From assembly GCA_028289585.1 (NCBI GenBank), contig JANQPI010000035.1, forward strand, positions 30,717 to 94,716: DNA of 64,000 bases, given 5' to 3'. The translations under genes were made by a program, and so were the position numbers. The notes under the pieces are model-generated. The model ran no database searches and had not been told where the DNA came from. It was given only the letters and a program-made list of their open reading frames with translations. Positions 16,202 to 27,035 of the stretch are shown here, piece after piece (the first letter of the stretch is position 1; each line of letters begins with the position of its first letter). Source of the DNA: Candidatus Zixiibacteriota bacterium (GTDB taxonomy: Bacteria > Zixibacteria > MSB-5A5 > GN15 > FEB-12).

Positions 16202-17467
16202 ATGTTGAACCGACCTGAAAAGTTAGCTTTGGTTCCAATACCTACCTGGTACGGTAATGCCCCCGAGCTCCATATGGCTGGTATACCTGCTGACGTTGGA
16301 GCATTTGCCGAGGCACTTCTATTCTATGATCGGCTATTGGTCCAGGTCGAATCCGAAAGACAACTGCATTGCCTCCTGTCATGGTTCACCTCTTCAGTAG
16401 ATTCAGATCGATTCACGAAGTTACTCGAAGAAGGATCGGTCCAATTTATCTACTTTGATTGGGTAGCAACTCCAGTCCAACGCAATGACTCAGATGATTA
16501 TCTTCTATGGAATATAGTTGAAGAGAAGCCGAAAGGTTTGAATCCCGATCGGCTGTACAAGTTCAAGAAGCGAGTGATACCGCTACCTTCCCGGTATTTC
16601 AGCAGTTCCAGGAAAATGCGTCGATTTGCTGATGTCTTACACTCAAGTGTTGTGGTTGTTGATGTCGATTCATTCGGGAATGGCATTTCTGTCTCTAGGG
16701 CTTGGGTAGAACAACAAGAAACACACCGATTGATTTTGCAGTCACTTGTTGACTCACTGCACTCAACTGGTGCTCTAGAGGGATGTCCGAAGGTAGAGGT
16801 AACCGTAGAGGATCTGAAACGAGGAAAGAAGCGAATACACTCAAACGTATCCTTTGATGACATAGCCAAGAAACTGCCTGTCAACAGTGGATTCGGAAAG
16901 AGCGTGCCATTAGCCATTGGTACCAATTTAGCGAGGTTGGCCTGGGCGGCTGCAAACAACGATACAGATCTGTATGTTAGTAATCCGATGTTGACAGCGG
17001 CCAACCACTTGATAAGTGAAGCAGTAGGAGAAGCAGGGAAGGTTCAGTCGGGACTAGATGTATTGAGTACCGAGCATTCGTTGCCTGACATCAGGATGCA
17101 GGTCAATTCGAATGAGGTGTCTGCCGAGAAGATACTTCGGTTAAGAACTGAAGTGACGGAGTTTCGCGATTGGTTTCATCAGACGATTTCCGAAGAGCGG
17201 TCTATTGATCAGGCTTATGCCAATGATGTTGTCAATCGCTACGGAATTTCCTCCCGACTCCAAAGGTCTCTCGAGGCAACTGTCGCGACAGGAACAACTA
17301 GCGCGGTCGGTTTGGCGACAGCGCAATTTGATCCGGCTGTCTGCGCGATTGCGACTTCGGCTTCTGCGGGCGTAATCCATTTCGAGCTAGATCTTGTTAA
17401 GAAACTTTGTGGTGAGTGGAGGCCGAAGATCTTTGGCGGAAGGCTCAGAAAAGCAACTGATGGTTGA
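16202..17467 (+). CDS. Hypothetical protein with no recognisable domain; low-GC insert between the dnaJ-like gene and clpB
   Basis: 421-aa ORF starting 2 nt after the dnaJ-like stop and ending 9 nt before clpB. Sampled 60-nt lines give about 42-57% GC (mean near 47%), against about 68% in a sampled clpB line. It uses AT-rich codons (TTA, AGA, ATA). Confidence 0.55.
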   Translation: MLNRPEKLALVPIPTWYGNAPELHMAGIPADVGAFAEALLFYDRLLVQVESERQLHCLLSWFTSSVDSDRFTKLLEEGSVQFIYFDWVATPVQRNDSDDYLLWNIVEEKPKGLNPDRLYKFKKRVIPLPSRYFSSSRKMRRFADVLHSSVVVVDVDSFGNGISVSRAWVEQQETHRLILQSLVDSLHSTGALEGCPKVEVTVEDLKRGKKRIHSNVSFDDIAKKLPVNSGFGKSVPLAIGTNLARLAWAAANNDTDLYVSNPMLTAANHLISEAVGEAGKVQSGLDVLSTEHSLPDIRMQVNSNEVSAEKILRLRTEVTEFRDWFHQTISEERSIDQAYANDVVNRYGISSRLQRSLEATVATGTTSAVGLATAQFDPAVCAIATSASAGVIHFELDLVKKLCGEWRPKIFGGRLRKATDG

Positions 17468-17476
17468 GGATAGGCT

Positions 17477-20107
17477 ATGAATCTCAATAAATTCACACAG
17501 AAGTCGATCGACGCGATCGGCTACGCGCAGCAGCACGCGACTGCCGAGGGGCACCCCCATATCGCCCCTGTGCATCTGCTCGCCGCGCTGCTCAAGCAGG
17601 ACGACGGACTCGTCCCGCAGGTTATCAAGAAAATCGGCGGTGACATTGTCACCCTTGTTCAGGACGTTGACGACACACTCGTTAGACTACCCCGCCAGGA
17701 GGGGGGGCAGGTGATGCCGACGCCGGAGTTGCAGCAGATCATCTTCAAAGCCGAGGCACTGCTCAAGAAGTTCAAAGATGAGTATGTCTCGGTTGAACAT
17801 ATGCTGCTGGCGTTCTTCGACGTTAAGTCAGAAGCGACGAATCTTCTCAAGCAGCATGGAATCACGGCGGAAAACTTCACGCAGGCGCTCACCGCAATCC
17901 GCGGTGCCAACCGTGTGGTCGATGACAACCCCGAGAACAAACTTGGTGTCATCGAGAAATACTCCCGCGACCTGACCGCCGCCGCGCGCGAGGGGAAGCT
18001 CGATCCGGTGATTGGTCGTGATGACGAGATCCGACGGATTATCAAAATCCTCTCCCGCCGGACCAAGAATAACCCGGTGCTGATTGGTGAGCCGGGGACG
18101 GGTAAAACGGCCGTTGTAGAAGGTCTCGCACTCAAGATCGCTCACGGCGAGGTACCGGATTCGTTGATCGACCGTCAGTTGATCGCGCTCGATCTCGGCT
18201 CGCTCATTGCAGGCTCCAAGTTCCGCGGTGAGTTCGAGGACCGCTTGAAAGCGATCCTCAAAGAGGTCGAGGCGTCCGATGGCCGGATGGTGCTGTTCAT
18301 CGACGAGATGCACACGCTCGTTGGTGCGGGTGCGGCTGAGGGGGCGATGGATGCCTCGAACATGCTGAAACCGGCGCTGGCGCGCGGGGAGCTGCGCTTC
18401 ATTGGTGCAACCACCCTCGACGAATACCGCAAGCATATTGAGAAAGATGCCGCGCTCGAAAGGCGGTTCGCGCCGGTGCTGATCGAACCGCCGTCAGTTG
18501 AAGACACCGTCTCGATCCTTCGTGGCCTCCGCGAGCGCTACGAGGTCTTCCACGGGATCAAGATCTCCGATGCCGCGATTGTCGCGGCGGCGAAACTGTC
18601 TGACAGATACATCGCCGACCGGTTCCTTCCGGATAAGGCGATCGATCTGATCGACGAAGCGGCGGCCGAACTGCGCATCTCGATCAACTCAATGCCGGAA
18701 GAGCTCGATGTTGTCGAGAAGCGGATCCGTCAGCTCGAAATCGAAAAAGAGGGAATCAAGCGGGAGCCCGACGCTGCCGAACGGCTGAAGCCGCTCACCG
18801 ACGAACTGACTATGCTCTATGCCGAGCGCGACAAACTGCGCGAGCAATGGACCAAAGAGAAAGAGACGGTCGAGGCGATTCGCGATATCAAGTCCGAGAT
18901 TGAAGATCTCAAACATCGCGCGGCCGAGGCGGAACGTCAGGCCGACTTTGAAGCGGCGGCCCGTATCAAATACGGTGAGATCGCCGAGGCCGAGAAGAAG
19001 CTCGAACTACTGACCCACTCTCTGACTGCAATCCAGGAGCATCATCAGTTGCTCAAGGAGGTGGTCGACGAGGAGGATGTTGCGGAGATCGTTGCCAAAT
19101 GGACGGGTATCCCCGTCACGCGTTTGACTGAGTCGGAGGCGTCACGGCTGTTGCGACTGGAAGATGACCTGCACCGACGGGTGATCGGTCAGAACGAGGC
19201 GGTGACCGCGGTCGCCGATGCGGTCCGTCAGTCGCGCGCCGGTCTCTCCGATCCGAATCGTCCGATCGGGTCGTTTATCTTTCTTGGTCCGACCGGTGTC
19301 GGCAAGACCGAACTGGCGCGGGCGCTGGCGGAGAATCTCTACGGGACCGAGGACGCGATCATCCGCATCGACATGTCCGAGTACATGGAGAAGCATACCG
19401 TCTCGCGACTGGTCGGCGCGCCGCCGGGATATGTCGGCTACGACGAAGGGGGACAGTTAACGGAAGCCGTTCGCCGCCGCCCGTATGCCGTCGTGCTGCT
19501 CGATGAGATAGAGAAGGCGCACCCGGAGGTGTTCAATATCCTGTTGCAGGTGCTCGACGATGGTCGCCTGACCGACAACAAGGGGCGTACGGTCTCGTTC
19601 AAGAACACGATCCTGATCATGACCTCGAATCTCGCTGCTGAGTATATCCAGAAAGAGTCAGAGAACATCGGCGAGTACAATCGCGAGATGATCTATGAAA
19701 ACATGAAGAAGTCAGTTCTCGAAACACTGCGAGCGTCGCTGCGTCCGGAGTTCCTCAATCGCATCGACGAAACGATTGTCTTTGCCGCGCTGACGCGTGA
19801 CGAAATCGCTCAGATCGTCCGATTACAACTCGCGCGACTCGAAACGCTGCTGGCAGACAAGGAGATTACCGTTCAGGTTTCCGATGCGGCGGTCGATCAT
19901 ATTGCCGAGACGGCCTACGATCCGACGTTCGGGGCTCGGCCGATCAAGCGATACATCAACAAGGAGTTGAGCCAGGCGATCGCGAAAGCGTTGTTGGCCG
20001 GAACGATCAAGCCGAATCAGACGGTTGTTGTCGATCTCCATGAAGGAACGTTGCAACTATCGGGACTCGATCGGGAACCGCAGGAGGAGGCAACGGTTAA
20101 TCACTGA
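17477..20107 (+). CDS. clpB: ATP-dependent chaperone/disaggregase ClpB
   Basis: 876 aa. N-domain [18 protein letters not shown]. Two AAA+ modules ([15 protein letters not shown]; [15 protein letters not shown]). Long coiled-coil M-domain between them. Confidence 0.97.
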   Translation: MNLNKFTQKSIDAIGYAQQHATAEGHPHIAPVHLLAALLKQDDGLVPQVIKKIGGDIVTLVQDVDDTLVRLPRQEGGQVMPTPELQQIIFKAEALLKKFKDEYVSVEHMLLAFFDVKSEATNLLKQHGITAENFTQALTAIRGANRVVDDNPENKLGVIEKYSRDLTAAAREGKLDPVIGRDDEIRRIIKILSRRTKNNPVLIGEPGTGKTAVVEGLALKIAHGEVPDSLIDRQLIALDLGSLIAGSKFRGEFEDRLKAILKEVEASDGRMVLFIDEMHTLVGAGAAEGAMDASNMLKPALARGELRFIGATTLDEYRKHIEKDAALERRFAPVLIEPPSVEDTVSILRGLRERYEVFHGIKISDAAIVAAAKLSDRYIADRFLPDKAIDLIDEAAAELRISINSMPEELDVVEKRIRQLEIEKEGIKREPDAAERLKPLTDELTMLYAERDKLREQWTKEKETVEAIRDIKSEIEDLKHRAAEAERQADFEAAARIKYGEIAEAEKKLELLTHSLTAIQEHHQLLKEVVDEEDVAEIVAKWTGIPVTRLTESEASRLLRLEDDLHRRVIGQNEAVTAVADAVRQSRAGLSDPNRPIGSFIFLGPTGVGKTELARALAENLYGTEDAIIRIDMSEYMEKHTVSRLVGAPPGYVGYDEGGQLTEAVRRRPYAVVLLDEIEKAHPEVFNILLQVLDDGRLTDNKGRTVSFKNTILIMTSNLAAEYIQKESENIGEYNREMIYENMKKSVLETLRASLRPEFLNRIDETIVFAALTRDEIAQIVRLQLARLETLLADKEITVQVSDAAVDHIAETAYDPTFGARPIKRYINKELSQAIAKALLAGTIKPNQTVVVDLHEGTLQLSGLDREPQEEATVNH

Positions 20108-20174
20108 CAAACCCAATCCCTGGTGTGCCGAGACGAAACGAGTCGGCTCCGTGCATCCGGTTAGTTTCATAGAG

Positions 20175-20212
20175 CGGGCGTTGGAGAATCTCTCCGGCGC
20201 CCGTTTTGATTT
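20175..20212 (+). terminator. Intrinsic terminator after clpB
   Basis: CGGGCGTTGGAGA-ATC-TCTCCGGCGCCCG stem (about 13 bp with two G-U pairs) followed by TTTTGATTT. Confidence 0.65.
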
Positions 20213-20771
20213 AGCGGTTTTCGAGGTGGTGGCTGATGTCCCGCCGCTCCGTAACACGAAAGCCCGCCAACGCGGCAAAATAGACATCCTCAGCGGCCGA
20301 ACGGGGGTAGGCTTCAGCGATAAGGCAGTCCAGAATGACTATTTCAGATTCGCCGTTGAAGTACGACGTGAAGAGTGTTGGCAGGAAATAGTCGCGATTG
20401 TTGACAAAGAACCCAGTGATCGGACGGTCGTTGCCGATCGTGGCATCGTCGAGCGGCGTCAGTGTTGTCGACGAACCGAAATGCTCACGCAGGCGCGCGG
20501 TGTCGGCAGTCAGGACGCTGTCGAAAACGAGTCCTCGAATCCGATAGAAATGACCGGCAATAATCACGCGGGCGGTGTCGTACGTCTGGTCTTCCGGGAT
20601 AAACGCAAATGAGTAACCGTCGGCCCGGGCGTCACGTGTGTTGAGTACGAAGCCGACCGGCGGGTGGAGTACATAGTCGAAACGTTCCCCCTCGAAGAAA
20701 GCGGAATTGTTATCAAGCTGAGCCGTGGCGCTGGAAGCCAGCCCAATCAGGAGGAGGAGAAGACACCGCAT
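20211..20771 (-). CDS. Secreted hypothetical protein
   Basis: In-frame ATG at 20771 gives the signal peptide MRCLLLLLIGLASSATAQ. The longer track ORF (to 20882) would overlap the photolyase gene. No family recognised. Confidence 0.5.
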   Translation of the reverse strand: MRCLLLLLIGLASSATAQLDNNSAFFEGERFDYVLHPPVGFVLNTRDARADGYSFAFIPEDQTYDTARVIIAGHFYRIRGLVFDSVLTADTARLREHFGSSTTLTPLDDATIGNDRPITGFFVNNRDYFLPTLFTSYFNGESEIVILDCLIAEAYPRSAAEDVYFAALAGFRVTERRDISHHLENR

Positions 20772-20823
20772 ACTCTCTGTATCGGCCTGCTTCGGGTGCT
20801 GGTGCTGTGCAGAAACTGAGCAA

Positions 20824-22209
20824 TTAGCCAAACAGGTCCGGATCGCCATTACCATGGCGTCGGACGTACGCGTCGGCGTCAAACTTCCGCCGCAGCCCGT
20901 TGGCGTTCATGTAGCGAACCTTACCATAGACTGCCCGCTCGACCCATGGCCGATCGTGCTTCCCAAAACACCAGGCGACTCCGGTAAACCCGTTCGGATC
21001 GATACCGTCGAGTTCGTAGCGGTTGTTGAGATACAGGGCGGTATCGAACGCTTCCTCCGGAGTTCGTGACCACTCAAGGATCTTCTTTCCCCAGTACATG
21101 CGCATGTAACCATGCATCTTGCCGGTCGTTACCATCTCGCGCTGGCACGCGTTCCAGTACGGATCATGGGTTGCAGCAGCTTCCCATTGATCGCGGGTGT
21201 AAAGATAATCTCGGGGATCGTCTTGGTGTTCGGCGAGAGTAATCTTGCACCAATCGGGGAGTCCGTTATAGCGATCGTAAGAATCATTGAACTCACAGAA
21301 GTTACAGGCGAGTTCGCGGCGCACGATCAGCTCTTCGAGGTAGGCGTTCGAGCCAGGGCGGTCGGCTTCACGAACAGCCAGGGCGACTTCAAGCGGTGAA
21401 ATCTGTCCAAAATGGAGATAGGGAGACAGGTTCGAGAGATGGTCGGCGTTCGGGTCGTTCCGTTTGCTGTCGTAGTCGTCGAGCCGGGAAGAGAGAAACG
21501 CTCGGAGCTTTTGGCGTGCGTGGCTACTGCCACCCACAAACGAATCTACCGGCGATACCGATCGATCGATCTGCTGTTTACCATGCAGGGCATCGGGGTC
21601 AGACCAATCTTCGGCGGAGACAGGTAGTTCGAGATCGAGCGACGTGTGTTTGAGTCGTAACCGTGGCACCTCGGTCAGGAATGTCTCCCAGTATCGATGC
21701 ACTTTCGGTCGATACGTTCGAGCCGCGAACTCATCCTTGTCCGACGCCGTGTTCAGCGGAACAATGACATCCGATTCAACCATTACCACTCGCTTACCGG
21801 TCCGCTCGACAATCTTCTGGCGCCATTCCCGGTGAATACGCAGGTAACCACGGTCCAGAATGATCTGAGCGGCATCGTCGGCCAGCCGCTCGACGGCGGT
21901 CACCGGATCGGCATGGAGAAGGCTGAAGCGAATACCTCGCTTGTGGAGATTCGATCCCGTCTCTGAGATCCCTTGGAGCATGAACCGGAAGTTGCGTGCG
22001 GTTGCTTCTGGGTACGTGTCATCGAGCCCGAACAGGACGACGACCGGAAGATCGAGTTCGTTGGCGCGTTCAATCGCGTACTCGAGAGCGTGGTTGTTCT
22101 CCGCACGCTGGCTCTGCTGGATCGAATAGAGCACGTACCGAGCGGAAGAGTCAGCCTCTCTTTCCGCGAGGACGTGGATGCGCTCGGGGTGGATGCGACT
22201 TGCGACCAC
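20824..22209 (-). CDS. phr: Deoxyribodipyrimidine photolyase, class II
   Basis: 461 aa. N-terminal alpha/beta domain (YVLYSIQQSQRAENNHALEYAIERANELDLPVVVLFGL) and FAD-binding C-terminus (LSPYLHFGQISP, MHGYMRMYWGKKILEW). GTG start 3 nt after the upstream stop. Confidence 0.88.
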   Translation of the reverse strand: MVASRIHPERIHVLAEREADSSARYVLYSIQQSQRAENNHALEYAIERANELDLPVVVLFGLDDTYPEATARNFRFMLQGISETGSNLHKRGIRFSLLHADPVTAVERLADDAAQIILDRGYLRIHREWRQKIVERTGKRVVMVESDVIVPLNTASDKDEFAARTYRPKVHRYWETFLTEVPRLRLKHTSLDLELPVSAEDWSDPDALHGKQQIDRSVSPVDSFVGGSSHARQKLRAFLSSRLDDYDSKRNDPNADHLSNLSPYLHFGQISPLEVALAVREADRPGSNAYLEELIVRRELACNFCEFNDSYDRYNGLPDWCKITLAEHQDDPRDYLYTRDQWEAAATHDPYWNACQREMVTTGKMHGYMRMYWGKKILEWSRTPEEAFDTALYLNNRYELDGIDPNGFTGVAWCFGKHDRPWVERAVYGKVRYMNANGLRRKFDADAYVRRHGNGDPDLFG

Positions 22210-22212
22210 GGC

Positions 22213-22704
22213 TTAGACGGAGACCGTTGCGGTTGTATCGGTCGGCATCTTCCCGAAGACCTTCTCAAGTGTTGTCGTCCGATACGCGAAGATCTTCCGG
22301 AGTTCACCACCCACCAGCGGGCCGTGCAGAATCCGCGAGAACGGATCGAGTGGCAAAGCGTAACTCACGATATCTTTCATTTCGACGCCGCCCTCAACGG
22401 CCCGAAAATGGTGCTGATGGTGCCAGAAGCGATACGGTCCGAAACGTTGCTCATCGACGAAGAAGTGCGGCTTTTCGACATGCGTGATTTCAGTGACCCA
22501 AGTCGCCTTGACGAGTGGTGCCAAGCGGACCCGATAGGTGATAATCATGCCGGGATACATCGCATCGGGAAGCGGCGAGGTTGGGCTCAGATTCATTTCC
22601 GGCGGCGTGATCTTAATCAGGTTCCGTGGGTCGGAGAAGAAGGTCCACGCTTCGTCGACGGCCAGCGGCAGGCGTTGAGTTGTTTCGAATGTGTAGAGTT
22701 TCAT
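22213..22704 (-). CDS. SRPBCC-superfamily (START/Bet v1-like, ligand-binding) protein
   Basis: ATG 22704 with an upstream GGAG. MKLYTFETTQRLPLAVDEAWTFFSDPRNLIKITPP...FVDEQRFGPYRFWHHQHHF is typical of the COG4276-type SRPBCC family. Confidence 0.7.
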   Translation of the reverse strand: MKLYTFETTQRLPLAVDEAWTFFSDPRNLIKITPPEMNLSPTSPLPDAMYPGMIITYRVRLAPLVKATWVTEITHVEKPHFFVDEQRFGPYRFWHHQHHFRAVEGGVEMKDIVSYALPLDPFSRILHGPLVGGELRKIFAYRTTTLEKVFGKMPTDTTATVSV

Positions 22705-22780
22705 GTTGGTCTCCAATCTCCAGCATGAACCACCGTCGAGGCCAGTCAGTTCGCACGAGTGTTGCGGTTGCGGCAGCCCT

Positions 22781-22826
22781 TTACGACGAGCCGGTCCCGG
22801 GCTATATTCGGCCCTTTCCAGAAAGG
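22781..22826 (+). promoter_or_regulatory. Candidate sigma-70-type promoter (TTACGA-N16-TATATT) followed by the inverted repeat CCTTTC-CA-GAAAGG, upstream of the AtuA-like gene
   Basis: TTACGA at 22781-22786, TATATT at 22803-22808, palindrome at 22813-22826, ATG at 22841. Confidence 0.3.
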
Positions 22827-22840
22827 CTATACGACGGACT

Positions 22841-24628
22841 ATGCCGAAGACAAGCATTACGATCGGGAACGCCGGTGGCTATTGGGGCGATGATCTCCAG
22901 GCGATGCGTCGGCAATTGGAAGGCGGCCCGCTCGATTATATCACCATGGATTTCCTGGCGGAAATCACGATGTCGATTCTCCAGAAACAACGTGCCCGCA
23001 AACCGGAACTCGGCTATGCCACCGATTTCGTTACCCAGATCCGGGACTGCCTGCCGCTCATCATCGAGCGCGGTACCACCGTCATCTCCAATGCGGGTGG
23101 TATCAACCCCCTGGGCTTGGGGTTGGAGATTCATGAACTGGTCAAAGCGGCCGGTCATGACCTGAAGGTCGGCGTCGTTCGTGGAGATGACATCCTCACG
23201 GACCTCGACAACCTGACCGCGGCGGGTGAGTCGTTTACTAACATGGAGACCGGCGAAGCGTTCAGCCCGATTCGCCACCGCATCTCCTCGGCGAACGTCT
23301 ATTTCGGTGCTGAGCCGGTTGTACGAGCGCTGGAGGCTGGTTGCCGGATCATTGTCACGGGTCGGGTAACAGATACCGGAGTGACGCTTGCACCGATGAT
23401 TCACGAGTTCGGATGGGCGGCCGACGATTGGAATCGCATCGCCGCGGGAGTTGTGGCGGGCCATATCATTGAATGTGGTACGCAGGCATCGGGTGGCAAT
23501 ATCACTGACTGGGAGGACGTGAAGAGTTTTCACCGAATCGGCTATCCGATGCTGAAAGTTTCTTCCGATGGATCATTCGTCGTAACCAAACACCCCAAGA
23601 CCGGTGGGCTGGTCTCCGAAAAGACAATTAAAGAGCAGTTAGTCTACGAAATGGGTGACCCGTCGAACTACATCTCACCGGATGGGATCGCCTGCTTTGA
23701 TACGCTTCAGCTTGACGAAGTCGGCCCCAATCGGGTCAGAGTGTCGGGGGTGACTGGAAAGCCGGCCCCGACCCATCTCAAGGTTTCGATGTCATACGAT
23801 GATGGCTGGAAAGCTTCTGGATCGTTGCTCATGTCCGGTCCGCATGTCGAGGTGAAGGCCAAGACGATGGCTGATATCTTCTGGAAACGGCTCGGGCTGA
23901 CGTTTGAAGACCAACGTACCGAGGCGATTGGCATCGGCTCAATCTGGCCGGCCGAATTGTCGGAATACGAACCATCTGAAATCCTCCTGCGCTTCGGGGT
24001 CCGCGATCAGGATGCTGACAAGATCACTGAGTTTGGCAAACTGCTCCCGTCGTTGATCCTCTCCGGACCCTCAGGAGTTGCAGTTACCGGTGGACGACCG
24101 CGGCCAGCTCCGGTCGTTGCGTACTGGCCGACCCTGATCGCTCGAGAACGTTGCCAGGCCGAGGTGATCGTGATTGATCCGGACGGAACACAGCGCAACG
24201 AAACCATGCCTCTGGGGCGAAGCGATGTCGCTCCTCCCGATGGCAGCAAAACGAAGCGGGCGAAACGGTTGAACGTGTCACATGGTAAGCGGACCCGTTC
24301 GGCTCCACTTCGGGCAATCGCCTATGCCCGTTCCGGCGACAAAGGAGATACCTGCAACATCGGCGTACTCGCGCGTTCACCGGAAGCGTACGCATGGCTT
24401 TGCGACAATCTGAAACCGACCGTGGTGAAACGGTTCTTCAAAGGCATTACTCGCGGACGAGTCACTCGCTACGAACTCGATAATCTTCTCGCCCTGAATT
24501 TCCTGCTCGAACAGACACTGGGTGGGGGAGGGACACGGTCGTTGATGATTGATCCCCAGGGTAAAACACTATCACAGGCACTACTTGAGATGCGACTTGA
24601 AATTCCCGTCACGCTTCTGAAAGCCTAA
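22841..24628 (+). CDS. AtuA-like acyclic-terpene-utilisation family protein (DUF1446) with a C-terminal AtuA-like ferredoxin-fold domain
   Basis: ATG 22841. [13 protein letters not shown]...[17 protein letters not shown] is characteristic of DUF1446. C-terminus [19 protein letters not shown]. Confidence 0.75.
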   Translation: MPKTSITIGNAGGYWGDDLQAMRRQLEGGPLDYITMDFLAEITMSILQKQRARKPELGYATDFVTQIRDCLPLIIERGTTVISNAGGINPLGLGLEIHELVKAAGHDLKVGVVRGDDILTDLDNLTAAGESFTNMETGEAFSPIRHRISSANVYFGAEPVVRALEAGCRIIVTGRVTDTGVTLAPMIHEFGWAADDWNRIAAGVVAGHIIECGTQASGGNITDWEDVKSFHRIGYPMLKVSSDGSFVVTKHPKTGGLVSEKTIKEQLVYEMGDPSNYISPDGIACFDTLQLDEVGPNRVRVSGVTGKPAPTHLKVSMSYDDGWKASGSLLMSGPHVEVKAKTMADIFWKRLGLTFEDQRTEAIGIGSIWPAELSEYEPSEILLRFGVRDQDADKITEFGKLLPSLILSGPSGVAVTGGRPRPAPVVAYWPTLIARERCQAEVIVIDPDGTQRNETMPLGRSDVAPPDGSKTKRAKRLNVSHGKRTRSAPLRAIAYARSGDKGDTCNIGVLARSPEAYAWLCDNLKPTVVKRFFKGITRGRVTRYELDNLLALNFLLEQTLGGGGTRSLMIDPQGKTLSQALLEMRLEIPVTLLKA

Positions 24629-24633
24629 GTCCA

Positions 24634-26241
24634 ATGTTTCGATTACCAACCCAGATCGACACCGGCAGTGCTGAATATATCCGCAATGCCGAGCATCATC
24701 GTCGCGTGCATGCCGAGTTTGGAGAGCGGCTTGCCCGTATCAAGTTCGGCGGTCCGGAACGGTCGCGCAGCCGCCATGTCGAACGTGGTAAGCTGCTCCC
24801 GCGCGAGCGGATTGCCCGACTCCTTGACCCTAACACGCCGTTCCTCGAGATCGGCGCCCTGGCTGCCTATGACATGTACGACAACGACGCTCCGTCGGCG
24901 GGCATCATCTGCGGAATCGGTACGGTCCACGGTCGGGAGGTGATGGTTGTCGCCAACGATGCTACCGTTAAGGGCGGCACGTATTATCCAATGACGATCC
25001 TCAAGCACGCACGGGCTCAGGAGATTGCCGAGAACAACCGTATCCCCTGTGTCTATCTGGTCGATTCGGGCGGTATCTTTTTGCCGTTGCAAGCCGGTAC
25101 GTTTCCGGACAAAGACCACTTTGGACGGATCTTCTATAACGAAGCTCGGATGTCGGCTCAGGGGATTGCCCAGGTGTCGGTTGTCATGGGGTCGTGTACG
25201 GCAGGTGGCGCGTACCTCCCCGCGATGTCTGACGAAACCGTGATTGTCCGCAATCAAGGGACGATCTTTATCGGTGGACCACCGCTGGTAAAGGCGGCGA
25301 CGGGTGAAGAAGTAACCGCCGAGGAACTGGGTGGTGCAGATGTCCATTGCCGCCAGTCCGGTGTTACGGACCACTACGCCGATGACGACGATCACGCGCT
25401 GCGCATTGCCCGGAACGTCATTGAGAATCTCCACGCACCGAAGCGGTACGATCTCGATCGCATCGCTCCCGAAGACCCGTACTATGATCCCGAAGAACTA
25501 TACGGTATTGTGCCCTCCGATCTTCGTCAGCCGTACGATATTCGCGAGGTGATTGCCCGGATTGTCGACGGATCCAAGTTTCATGAATTCAAGGCACTTT
25601 ACGGCACCACTCTGGTCACCGGCTTTGCCCGCATTCACGGGTACCTGGTCGGCATTCTCGGAAACAACGGGGTGTTGTTCGCGGAATCATCGCAGAAGGG
25701 CGCTCATTTCATTGAACTCTGTGCCCAGCGGAAGATTCCGCTCATCTTTCTCCAGAACATTTCGGGCTTTATCGTCGGTCGGAAATACGAGCAAGGCGGG
25801 ATTGCCCGCGATGGAGCCAAAATGGTTCACGCGGTCGCCAATGCCCAGGTGCCGAAATTCACGGTCGTCGTCGGTGGATCATACGGAGCTGGTAACTATG
25901 CCATGTGCGGACGGGGCTATCTGCCCAATCTGATGTGGATGTGGCCAAACGCGCGTATCTGCGTGATGGGTGGCGAGCAGGCCGCGGATGTCCTGGCGAC
26001 CGTCAAAATACGGCAATTAGAAAAGGAGGGTGGAAAGCTCTCCGATGAAGAGATCGCGGCGATTCGCCAGCCGATCATCGACAAATACGAGCATGAGTCG
26101 ACGCCATACTATTCGGGTGCCCGGTTGTGGGACGACGGTATGTTGCCGATGACCGAGACGCGCGACGTGCTTGCGATGGGAATAGCAACGGCACTCAACA
26201 AGCCGATCGGCGATCCGAAGTTCGGCGTCTTCAGGATGTAA
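24634..26241 (+). CDS. Acyl-CoA carboxylase carboxyltransferase subunit (methylcrotonyl-CoA / geranyl-CoA carboxylase beta type)
   Basis: 535 aa. [42 protein letters not shown] and [16 protein letters not shown] are typical of MccB/LiuB/AtuC. Confidence 0.9.
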   Translation: MFRLPTQIDTGSAEYIRNAEHHRRVHAEFGERLARIKFGGPERSRSRHVERGKLLPRERIARLLDPNTPFLEIGALAAYDMYDNDAPSAGIICGIGTVHGREVMVVANDATVKGGTYYPMTILKHARAQEIAENNRIPCVYLVDSGGIFLPLQAGTFPDKDHFGRIFYNEARMSAQGIAQVSVVMGSCTAGGAYLPAMSDETVIVRNQGTIFIGGPPLVKAATGEEVTAEELGGADVHCRQSGVTDHYADDDDHALRIARNVIENLHAPKRYDLDRIAPEDPYYDPEELYGIVPSDLRQPYDIREVIARIVDGSKFHEFKALYGTTLVTGFARIHGYLVGILGNNGVLFAESSQKGAHFIELCAQRKIPLIFLQNISGFIVGRKYEQGGIARDGAKMVHAVANAQVPKFTVVVGGSYGAGNYAMCGRGYLPNLMWMWPNARICVMGGEQAADVLATVKIRQLEKEGGKLSDEEIAAIRQPIIDKYEHESTPYYSGARLWDDGMLPMTETRDVLAMGIATALNKPIGDPKFGVFRM

Positions 26242-26243
26242 TC

Positions 26244-27035
26244 ATGACTGACTCTCTACTTCACTATGATCAGCAGGGTGCAGTTGGGCGGATCACGTTC
26301 AACCGACCCGACATTCACAATGCCTTCAACGCCGCGGTTATCGATGAGATGGCTGCGCTCTTCACGGAACTAGCCGATGACTCGGACCTCCGCGTTGTTG
26401 TACTCACCGGTGCCGGTAAGTCATTCTGCGCCGGGGCCGATCTGAACTGGATGCGGTCGGTGGTCGATCAGACCTATGAGCAGAACCTGGCTGAATCGAA
26501 TCGGCTGGCGGATCTCTTCTATCAGATGCATACGTTTCCGCGCCCGATCATCGCGCGTGTCAATGGTGCCGCGATTGGTGGCGGAACGGGATTTGTCGCT
26601 GTCTGCGATATTGCTATCGCTGCTGAGTCGGCGAAATTCTCGTTCTCCGAGGTGAAGATCGGCGTTGTTCCGGCGTGCATTGGTCCCTACGTCATTCAGA
26701 AGATCGGCGAGGGGAAAGCCCGAGAACTCTTTATGACCGGTGAACGGATGGATGGACGACGGGCGCACGACGTCGGATTGGTCAATCGAGCCGTTCCTGA
26801 TGCCGATCTCGATTCGACCGTCGATGCAATCGTCAATTCTCTGCTGTCATCCGGTCCCGAGGCGGTTGCGACCGCCAAGCGCCTGATTAACGAAGTCCCC
26901 GGCATGCCTGCTGAAGAGTTTCGGCCGTACACCGCCGAAATGATTGCCAAGATCCGTCTGTCGCCGGAGGGACAGGAAGGGATGGCGGCATTTCTGGAGA
27001 AACGCAAACCGAGCTGGGTTTCCGGAAACGAGTGA
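26244..27035 (+). CDS. Enoyl-CoA hydratase/isomerase family protein (methylglutaconyl-CoA hydratase-like)
   Basis: ATG 26244, 2 nt after the upstream stop. Crotonase fold: GRITFNRPDIHNAFN, VVVLTGAGKSFCAGADL, FSFSEVKIGVVP. Confidence 0.88.
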   Translation: MTDSLLHYDQQGAVGRITFNRPDIHNAFNAAVIDEMAALFTELADDSDLRVVVLTGAGKSFCAGADLNWMRSVVDQTYEQNLAESNRLADLFYQMHTFPRPIIARVNGAAIGGGTGFVAVCDIAIAAESAKFSFSEVKIGVVPACIGPYVIQKIGEGKARELFMTGERMDGRRAHDVGLVNRAVPDADLDSTVDAIVNSLLSSGPEAVATAKRLINEVPGMPAEEFRPYTAEMIAKIRLSPEGQEGMAAFLEKRKPSWVSGNE

